Part shown: positions 21,025 through 29,123 of the stretch, piece after piece
Position numbering within the stretch: the stretch's first letter is position 1
Layout: each line of letters starts with the position of its first letter
Origin: Bacteroidales bacterium
GTDB taxonomy: Bacteria; Bacteroidota; Bacteroidia; Bacteroidales; VadinHA17
Assembly (NCBI GenBank): GCA_041686075.1
Contig: JAWLEO010000014.1
Span: 2,627-66,626 of the forward strand
Reading direction: 5' to 3'
Length of the DNA: 64,000 nt
The notes under the pieces: generated by a model
Seen by the model: the letters and a program-made list of their open reading frames with translations, nothing else
Told to the model about the DNA's origin: nothing
The model's database searches: none
Program-made: the position numbers and the translations under genes

Positions 21025-21119
21025 CAGCTCATTCTGGAAAAAGGAAAATTGTATACCTGTCTTCACTGAGCAGTCAAGCTTATCTTCAGGATTAGTGGTG
21101 AGTTGGGAAGCACTAAAAA

Positions 21120-21754
21120 ATGCCCCGGACAGCGTCCGACGTAGCCCCGAAAATTCGGAGGCGGAGGGGCATAATAATAATAGCCACAGTTAAACCTGTG
21201 GGTAAAAAGCCACACCCCCCCCTCCATCGTCGCGCGGTGGAGGGGAGGGGTAAATGCCTGTATCCCCAGGACTTCGTCCGGGGCTATTGTTGGGGCTGTA
21301 TCATAAGTCCCAAAACCACCCCGTCCTCGGCCTGACGGCCGGGACACCCCTCCTTTAAAAAGGAGGGGAAATTATTGATATTCAAAGTCATACATTCCTC
21401 CTTTTCTGAAGAGGAGAAGTACCCCTGACCGAACAAAGTGAGTGTCAGGGGGGGAAGTGGTGTACTTATGATACAGCCCCATATGATTTTTTATTGTATC
21501 CAGGGGAATGGACCCGGGCTATTATTATTTTCCCCCTACCGGAATTGAGCATAGAGCAGGGGGCAGGGAGTGAGAGGGTTTCCGAAGACGCGGAACAAAC
21601 AGTGTGAGTGTCAGAGCGAGAGTGAGAACCGAACCACGCTTTCGCGTGGTGAGCTCGACGAACGAAGTGAGTCAAAAACATCACGAGAGTGCTCGCTCTC
21701 GCTTTGTCAGCCGAAGCTTTTGCGAAGGCTGGCTCTCACTCTCGCTCTGTTTTC
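21120..21754. repeat. Nested REP/MITE-like palindrome cluster
   Basis: Many GC hairpins (CCCCTCC..GGAGGGG, TATCCCCAGGACTTCGTC, GGCTATTATTATT units, CAGAGCGAGAGTGAG/CTCACTCTCGCTCTG). Confidence 0.7.
21291..21481. mobile_element. MITE-like element with 18-bp perfect terminal inverted repeats
   Basis: TGGGGCTGTATCATAAGT (21291-21308) / ACTTATGATACAGCCCCA (21464-21481); no ORF inside. Confidence 0.65.
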
Positions 21755-21782
21755 GGTACCCCCAATGGGCGGAAGTTGCAAC
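21755..21782. repeat. 28-bp att-like site S4
   Basis: GGTACCCCCAATGGGCGGAAGTTGCAAC, preceded by CTCTCACTCTCGCTCTGTTT as in the tRNA-Leu trailer. Confidence 0.75.
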
Positions 21783-22367
21783 CAATTTTGCAGGTTAATA
21801 GACAGGATACAACAGTTTATGTCTCATAAGAACCCCTATAGTCTAAAACTGGTAATAAACAACTAAATTCAAAAAAGCGAATGGTTAACTTAGCAAACAA
21901 TACCTTTGGTACGGGAAATGGGGAGTATTATAAACAGAGATAAAACAGGAGTTAGTAATCTGTGGTTTAGCTGACCCATTGTTCAGGTCAGTTGAAGCTA
22001 TAATGAAGTTCTTTGGTGGGTATTATATCTATAGTATTGATTGGAAAATGCAAGAGTACCTTAGAGGTGAGTATTATGCAATTCGAAAGCGCAATAAAGT
22101 AGGTATATCAGTATATGCGTATCATATATTGGATTGGGAGTTTATAGCTACGTATTTTAATCGGAAGGATGGCGATGAAATAAAATAAGTTTATTCCAAT
22201 AGTCTGTATATCAGATCAAAGATGTAAAAATAAATTTGACTTGCATTATTATATTTCGTAAATTCGATATACTGTTTGGACTCTTCCTTCTTGATCATTT
22301 GGTTATGATTAGGTGCAACTAATGAACTTTTTTATTACTTTTTATGATTGAATAAGCATACGAAAAA

Positions 22368-22802
22368 ATGAAAGACATATTAAATATGGTAGCCATTTGC
22401 GGAATAGTTTTTATTATAGCTTTTGGCTGTGAGAAAGAAGATAATGATCCTGAATGTTATGGTTCTGTATGCTTAGAAGGAGAACTAATCATGGTTAATT
22501 ATTGTTGGTTCCCAGACGACGTATATAGCGTATTAATTCAAATTCTTAATCCTGATATAAATATAGGTGATACTCTCACTTCTGATCCAACCTATGATAA
22601 TGTTATTGAATGTTATAATTTACCACCTAAATATATAGATCATTTAGATGATACATTATACTTCACATACAGAGATATATCAGGAGAAGATACTGTAAGT
22701 CGGGCTTGTGATGCGTTCTCTCCTAGAATCCATGTTAATAAAGGAATATTTATACTTTGTATATCCACAAAGGGATGTGAATATTTAAAGAGAATAGATT
22801 AG
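22368..22802 (+). CDS. Cys-rich putative lipoprotein
   Basis: Lipobox-like IAFGC-EKED; AT-rich gene. Confidence 0.7.
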   Translation: MKDILNMVAICGIVFIIAFGCEKEDNDPECYGSVCLEGELIMVNYCWFPDDVYSVLIQILNPDINIGDTLTSDPTYDNVIECYNLPPKYIDHLDDTLYFTYRDISGEDTVSRACDAFSPRIHVNKGIFILCISTKGCEYLKRID

Positions 22803-22821
22803 TTTAATACATTTCAGTGTT

Positions 22822-25067
22822 ATGACTATTATTAAAATCCTTACTATGAAAAAGAAGTGGATTATACTCTCTATTATTGTTTTATTAATAATTCTAGGCC
22901 TTAATAATAATAATACAACAAAATTTTATTATGCTTACAATAAACGAATTGAACTGATTCCTTTAAAACATAAAATTATTGTTAAGTATAAAGAAATTAA
23001 AGATTCATCTTATCTTGCTTCATTCATAAATACAAATGTTTTCCCAGATGAATTTTTAATTAATCCGATTGATTATCAATCTTATTACATTACCTTAAAA
23101 CCAGAAGCTAGGATCGTTGACTTTATTAATATATTTAGAGAAAGCGATGAGATACTTTCAATAAATCCTGTTTACGTTACGAGAAGTGGAAATCAAAAAG
23201 GCGTAATTGATGAAATATTAGTATTGTTTCATAAAAATATCTCGGAGAAGCAAAAATATGAATTGCATTCTAAATTTGGAGTAGGAGTCAAGAAATCTCT
23301 GAAGTCATTAGATTTTTTAATTGTGCCACCGAAAGAGGATGCTATCGAAATAGCTAATCAATATCAAGAAAGTGGCATGGTGGAATTTGCACATCCTAAT
23401 TTTATCTCAGAAATTGAATTCTTTCAAGATATTCCAAATGATGAGTATTTTAATTGGCAGTTTCCACTTCATAATACAGGTGATACCACCTTTGATGGTC
23501 GTACATGTACTGCTGATGCTGATGTTGATGCTCCAGAAGCATGGGAAGTTACCAAAGGAAACCAAAATATTGTTATCGCCGTGATTGACCATGGATTAAC
23601 CAGTAATCATCCTGATTTACCCAATGCACGACAATTAAGATTGAATGGAAGTAATTTTGGAGAAGGAGACCCAGATGATCCTTCGCCAACAGGAGATTTT
23701 GCACATGGTAATGCATGTGCAGGAACAATTGCAGCAACTCAGGATAACAACAAAGGTGTTACCGGAATTGCTCCAAACTGCAAGATAATGCCAATAAGAG
23801 TTGATGCTACGACAACAGATGGGGAAAAGGCTGAAGCAATTGAGTTTGCTTATGAAAATGGAGCTGATATTATTTCTTGTAGCTGGGGTGATGAAGGTGA
23901 AACTGATCCAGATCATATACCGGCAATTGTTACGGCAATAGAAAATGCAACAACGGAAGGTCGTGATGGATTAGGTTCAATTGTAGTTTTCGCTGCAAGC
24001 AATACAGCCTGGCATGCTGGAAATGATCCTGGGCATATCACGTTTCCTGCATGTGTTGATATACCAGGAGTAATAACAGTAGGAGCTTCTGATCGAAATG
24101 ATGATCAAGCTGACTATAGTCCGACAAGTGATCCCGAAAGTAATGACAACCAGTTAGTAGATGTTGTTGCACCATCTCATCGTGCTTATCCAAGGGAAGT
24201 AAGTTATTGTCGTGGGATACAAGGCGAAACCTGGGAAATCTGGACAATTGATATTCCTGGAACAGATGGTTACAATCCATGGCCAAGAAATGCTGGCTGT
24301 CTTAATCCACCTCCTTATCAAGAAGAATGCCCTGCATCTGGAACACATCCCTTATACTATACCGGCCGATTTGGTGGCACATCACATTCTTGCCCTTTAA
24401 CGGCTGGAATAGCTGCATTAATACTTTCATTAAATTCAAATTATTTACAACTACAAGTTTATAATATTATTGCCTGCACTGCAGATGAAGTAGGAGGCAT
24501 TACTTATACAAATGGATGGAGTGAAGAATTTGGCTTTGGGAGAGTTAACGCATATCAAGCTGTATCTTTAGCACAAGAACTTACAAATATGTATATTACT
24601 GGGGAATCTCTTGTTTGTTCTTCCGTTTCAAAAACTTTTATTTTACATAATCGCCCATCTCAAACAACAGTTAATTGGGAACATAGTAATAATTTAGTGG
24701 AGGTAAGTGGTCAGGGTACTAATAATTATTGTGTTAAAGCAACTGCTTATGCCTCTAGTCCCGGTTGGGTTGAAGCAACAATAAAAGGTGATAATGGTGG
24801 AGAATTAATATTTACCCAAATCCTACAACTGAAAAGGCTACAATAACTATTGTCTCAAATGAAGACATGAATACTTTCACTAATAATGTTGATGAAGAAT
24901 GGCAGCTTGAGGTTTATACACAGGGACAATTACTTAGGCTAAGTATCCCGGCAATTATTGATAATAAATATGTACTAAATACATCAGGCTGGAAACCTGG
25001 AATGTATTTCATCAGGGTTTACTATAAAGATGAGGTGCTTTGGGGTACACTTATTGTTAATAAATAA
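22822..25067 (+). pseudogene. S8 subtilisin-like protease with T9SS type-A CTD, split by a frameshift at about 24811
   Basis: IAVIDHG (Asp), HGNACAG (His), FGGTSHSCP (Ser); main ORF stops at 24846; the -1 frame reads IYPNPTTEKATITI...GWKPGMYFIRV...LIVNK to 25067. Confidence 0.8.
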
Positions 25068-25202
25068 TTTATAACCCCAGGTTCTAATCGGTAAATAGGT
25101 GTTCGGATTGCTTGCTTTAAGTTGCATAACAGGACCCATACTATAAGGTATGCAACTGAAAACGCAACCCTCACTTGAGGATTATTGCTCGCCTGCTGCA
25201 GC

Positions 25203-25302
25203 CAATTTTATTCGTCAATCGTGAGTTTGCCATTAATAATTGTTCTGCATCCCTGTTGCAAAAGGAAGTGTACGTTAAAAAGAGAAGACATTCCCGGTTT
25301 TT
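25203..25302. repeat. ~100-bp non-coding repeat, copy B
   Basis: Aligns to 17333-17433 at offset 7870. Confidence 0.85.
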
Positions 25303-25360
25303 GTATTAGCCCCCTAAATAGTCGGACAATAAATACAAAAAAATTTAGGAGAAGACATAA

Positions 25361-25387
25361 AATTTCAAAGTTGCAACCCTGGGCTTA
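25361..25387. repeat. End site R2
   Basis: AATTTCAAAGTTGCAACCCTGGGCTTA; shares AAGTTGCAACC with S4. Confidence 0.6.
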
Positions 25388-25388
25388 G

Positions 25389-25739
25389 TTAATAATTCTC
25401 TAATTTCTTTATCAGGGAAAAAAGCATCTTTGAAATTTCCTCAAGACTCTTTAAGTAGTCATTATATTCTTCTTCCTTTATTGCAGCAGTTTCATACAGA
25501 TAATCAAAAATTGCGGCACACTCAAAAGTACTGCCACGTGAAATAACCATGAAATTCTTCCGATCCTTTTTACTGAATCTTGAGCATCCCTCAGCAATAT
25601 TCAGCATTATACTAAAAGAAGCCCTGCGTAGCTGGTCGTTTGTTGTTCTGTCAAAGTTCCTGGCAGCAATTAACTTTTGCATCAGTATGCAAAAAGACTT
25701 GGCCTTCTGGTAAACATCCAGTTTCTGAAAATCAAACAT
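25389..25739 (-). CDS. Four-helix bundle protein (23S rRNA IVP / bAvd-like family)
   Basis: Likely start MFDFQKLDVYQKA; DQLRRASFSIMLNIAEG, F..ISRGS..EC. Confidence 0.88.
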   Translation of the reverse strand: MFDFQKLDVYQKAKSFCILMQKLIAARNFDRTTNDQLRRASFSIMLNIAEGCSRFSKKDRKNFMVISRGSTFECAAIFDYLYETAAIKEEEYNDYLKSLEEISKMLFSLIKKLENY

Positions 25740-25942
25740 AATTTTAAATTTTGCGAGACAATAGCTAAGATAGGAAAAAAGTGTGAATCTGAGTGTGAGT
25801 GTGGGCCCTCCTTCGCTACCGCCTTCGGTAAACCTACGGCGGTCAGAGAAAGCTACGGAGGACGAAGTGTGAGAGTGAGGAAACATTTCGAGAGTGATAG
25901 TTCGAGCTTCTCGCTCTCACTCTCACTCTCGCTCTGTTTCAG

Positions 25943-26027
25943 TACCCGGAGCGGGACTTGAACCCGCACAGCCTAAACGGCCATTGGATTTTAAGTCCAA
26001 CGTGTCTACCAATTCCACCATCCGGGC
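25943..26027 (-). tRNA. tRNA-Leu (TAA)
   Basis: Reverse complement GCCCGGATGGTGGAATTGGTAGACACGTTGGACTTAAAATCCAATGGCCGTTTAGGCTGTGCGGGTTCAAGTCCCGCTCCGGGTA; long variable arm. Confidence 0.96.
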
Positions 26028-26451
26028 TGGTACCAAACTGGTAATATATTATTTTCAATATACTTTATCAAAGTATTCTACAAAGAACTCATTAACTCCG
26101 GATGGTGGAATTGTCTCCCCACTACCTGGCCCCTCCCTAAAATAACCCACAGGGTTATTTCTTTACGGTCGGTCCTACCATCCGGGCGCTTAAAAGTTAC
26201 CATCCAGGCTAGTGCTTTCAGCGGGGCAAAATTACGAAAAAAAATGGAATGATGGATTGATGGAATATTGCTGTCTCCTTAATTCGTGTTAATTCGTTAA
26301 AATTTGTGATAATTGACTCAGGCTTTGCCTTCGTCGAGCTCGCAGCACTCGCATCCCGAATACTCTGGATACTCGCACTACTCGGTTCGTGATCCCCGGA
26401 ATTGCCTCGGCCAAAGGCCTCGGCGGATCCTGGCCTGCCGGCGGCTTGCTT

Positions 26452-26577
26452 TCATCCTGAAAGAGCCGCATTGCGGCTATTTCTTATTTCCCGGATACTC
26501 CTCACGGGAGCAAGCTCCCGACGGAGATCCCGGGAAATAAGAAAGGCAGCGATAAATCGCTGCCTCTTTCAGGATGA
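26452..26577. repeat. Multi-branched palindrome/terminator 3' of tRNA-Gly
   Basis: TCATCCTGAAAGAG/CTCTTTCAGGATGA encloses three inner hairpins. Confidence 0.7.
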
Positions 26578-26649
26578 GCGGGAAACGGAACTCGAATCCG
26601 CGACCCCAACCTTGGCAAGGTTGTGCTCTACCAACTGAGCTATTCCCGC
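26577..26649 (-). tRNA. tRNA-Gly (GCC)
   Basis: Reverse complement GCGGGAATAGCTCAGTTGGTAGAGCACAACCTTGCCAAGGTTGGGGTCGCGGATTCGAGTTCCGTTTCCCGCT. Confidence 0.95.
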
Positions 26650-26786
26650 AAATGTGAATGCAAAAATAACACTTTTTTAAATTATCCAAAAATATGCCGG
26701 AAAATGAATGTTGAATAATAAATTTTTCATAGTCATTGCAAAATACAGTCTAAATAGTAATTTAGAACCTGTAAATTTGCAGATAG

Positions 26787-29006
26787 ATGACTGAACCACG
26801 AAAGAAAGGCTTTGGCACCGCTCCTGTTTTTTTCACTGCAATATCCACCATACTGGGAGCAATATTATTCCTGCGCTTCGGCTTTGCAGTCGGGACACTG
26901 GGCTTCTGGGGTGTGATACTGATAATCCTCCTGGGACATATGGTTACCATCCCAACAGCACTGGCAATATCGGAGATTGCTACCAATAAACGTGTGGAAG
27001 GGGGTGGTGAATATTTTATCATAAGCAGGTCATTCGGCCTGAACATAGGGGCAACAATCGGCATTGCCCTCTTCCTTTCACAGGCCATAAGCGTAGCCTT
27101 TTATGTTATAGCTTTCACCGAATCGTTTGAGTTCTTTTTCAATTATGTGCAAGAGGAATATAATTTTGTTCTTCCCAGGCAGGCAATATCAATACCTGCA
27201 ATGACATTACTGGCTATCCTGATACTTAAGAAAGGTGCTAACCTGGGCGTGAAAGCATTATATGTGGTTGTGGGCATACTTGCATTATCGCTGGTATTGT
27301 TCTTCCTGGGATCAACACACCACTCCGAGGAAGTGAATTACACCCTTGAGTCTGCAGTATTCAGGAACAGGGAAAGTTTTTTCTTTGTATTCGCGATAAT
27401 CTTCCCTGCATTTACCGGCATGACAGCAGGCGTGGGTTTATCCGGTGACCTGAGAAAACCATCCAGGGCAATACCGCTGGGTACTACAATAGCCACCTTC
27501 TCGGGGATGATAATATATTTCTTCATTGTATTCAAACTCGCATCGTCAGCCAGTATCGATGATCTGTTAAATAACCAGTTTGTGATGGGTAAGATAGCCA
27601 TCGGCGGTTCTGTCATCATACCTCTGGGGCTGGCAGCATCAACAATATCATCGGCCCTGGGATCGGTAATGGTGGCACCAAGAACACTACAGGCCCTGGC
27701 AGCCGACCAGTCATTCCCTTCCTCAAAGCTCAACTGGTGGCTTTCAAGGGGCAGAAAAGCCGACAGGGAACCTGTTAATGCTTCCATGGTTACAGTGGTA
27801 ATTGCATTATTTTTCGTGGCCCTGGGAAACGTAAATGCCGTGGCAGGAATAATATCCATGTTTTTCATGGTGACATACGGAACACTATGCCTGATATCTT
27901 TTCTCAACCACTTCGGTGCAAGCCCATCATACAGGCCCTCGTTTAAATCAAAGTGGTATCTTTCATTAACCGGCTTTATAATCTCGCTATGGGTAATGTT
28001 TAAAATTAATGCAAGCTATGCACTGATTGCCATTATCGTTATGATCTTGCTCTATGCTTACATTAATTATTATCACAGAGACAGGCAGGGACTGGAATCA
28101 ATATTCGCAAATGCCTTGTTCCAGCTTAACCGGAACCTGCAGGTCTATCTTCAGAAGAGCGCCAGCAAAAAAACACAGCAGGAATGGAGGCCCAGTGCTA
28201 TATGTATCTCAAAAAATTCCTTCGAGAGGGATACGGCATTCAGGTTATTGAACTGGATATCTTTCAAATATGGTTTTGGTACCTACCTCCACAGGCTGGA
28301 AGGGTATTATTCAAGGAAAACACATGCAGAAGCACAGGAGATTTTGAAAAGACTGGTTAAGAGTTTTGAACATATTGAAAATCACGTTTATATAGATACC
28401 ATAATCTCCCCATCCTATACGTCTGCAATAGCCCAGGCAATACAGCTGCCCGGCATTTCGGGTATGGAAAACAACATGGTCATTTTTGAATACAGCAAGG
28501 AAAAGCCTGAAGAGCTTAAGGAAATTATGGAAAACCATGCCCTGGTTAACGCAGGTAATTTTGATGTATGCATACTGGCAAGTTCACAGAAGAATATTGT
28601 ATTCAAACAGGGTATCCACGTGTGGATTAAATCAATCGATGAGTACAATGCCAACCTGATGATCATGCTGAGCTTCATTGTTTCAGGTCATCCAGACTGG
28701 AAAAAATCACACATAAAAATATTTGATATCTGTAAGCCCGAGCATTATGATGAGATGCTGGAGAATAATAAAAAGCTTATCAAAGAAGGAAGGCTCCCCA
28801 TAACTGAAAAAAATATTGAAATAATTATGGAGGAACCCGATGTCAACCCCAAGGAATTGATCACCGAAAAATCAAAGGATGCCGCGCTTACCCTGATCGG
28901 CTTCAGGGGGGAATCGCTTAAACACGATACGGATGTCTTTTCAGGTTATGAGGAACTGGGAACGATCTTGTTTGTGAACAGTCATAACCAGAAGATGATA
29001 GAGTAA
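26787..29006 (+). CDS. APC-superfamily permease, SLC12/cation-chloride cotransporter-like
   Basis: ILGAILFLRFG, ISEIATN..GGGEYFIISRSFG, IIFPAFTGMTAG..SGDL, APRTLQALA, soluble C-domain starting WRP; -7 box TAAATTTG at 26772. Confidence 0.85.
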   Translation: MTEPRKKGFGTAPVFFTAISTILGAILFLRFGFAVGTLGFWGVILIILLGHMVTIPTALAISEIATNKRVEGGGEYFIISRSFGLNIGATIGIALFLSQAISVAFYVIAFTESFEFFFNYVQEEYNFVLPRQAISIPAMTLLAILILKKGANLGVKALYVVVGILALSLVLFFLGSTHHSEEVNYTLESAVFRNRESFFFVFAIIFPAFTGMTAGVGLSGDLRKPSRAIPLGTTIATFSGMIIYFFIVFKLASSASIDDLLNNQFVMGKIAIGGSVIIPLGLAASTISSALGSVMVAPRTLQALAADQSFPSSKLNWWLSRGRKADREPVNASMVTVVIALFFVALGNVNAVAGIISMFFMVTYGTLCLISFLNHFGASPSYRPSFKSKWYLSLTGFIISLWVMFKINASYALIAIIVMILLYAYINYYHRDRQGLESIFANALFQLNRNLQVYLQKSASKKTQQEWRPSAICISKNSFERDTAFRLLNWISFKYGFGTYLHRLEGYYSRKTHAEAQEILKRLVKSFEHIENHVYIDTIISPSYTSAIAQAIQLPGISGMENNMVIFEYSKEKPEELKEIMENHALVNAGNFDVCILASSQKNIVFKQGIHVWIKSIDEYNANLMIMLSFIVSGHPDWKKSHIKIFDICKPEHYDEMLENNKKLIKEGRLPITEKNIEIIMEEPDVNPKELITEKSKDAALTLIGFRGESLKHDTDVFSGYEELGTILFVNSHNQKMIE

Positions 29007-29054
29007 GCTCTATGTAATTGGCCTCACTTTGTGAGGTGTAATTTATCCCGCTGA

Positions 29055-29120
29055 CCACCTTCGCTCTGCGAGCTTCTGTGGACATAGGGAGATCCGCGCC
29101 AGCGAAGGTGGAGCCTCAGG
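29055..29120. repeat. REP-like palindrome between convergent genes
   Basis: CCACCTTCGCT/AGCGAAGGTGG; CGCGCCAGCGAAGGTGGAGCCTCAG shared with the copy at 36122-36180, variant at 45998-46058. Confidence 0.65.
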
Positions 29121-29123
29121 TCT

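Noticed and set aside
21820-21850. dif/Xer-like site ATGTCTCATAA-GAACCC-CTATAGTCTAA
   Set aside because: The XerD arm matches TTATGTTAAAT poorly and it is a single occurrence.
21063-21866. Several 64-98-aa ORFs in the REP cluster (also 9610-9804 and 39366-39690)
   Set aside because: Low-complexity translations of repeats and hairpins.
21979-22188. 69-aa ORF in the AT-rich cassette
   Set aside because: TTG start and no motif; it may be a fragment but cannot be supported.
12977-25387. CRISPR array or classical integron attC array
   Set aside because: The sites are kilobases apart, there is no cas or intI gene, and they lack the RYYYAAC...GTTRRRY attC stem architecture.
16846-25739. Diversity-generating retroelement (Avd-like gene plus near-identical repeats at gene 3' ends)
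   Set aside because: No reverse transcriptase in the window, both repeat copies are coding, and the mismatches are not adenine-specific in either copy (e.g. TTA/GCA, TGG/GTT, TTG/CTG).
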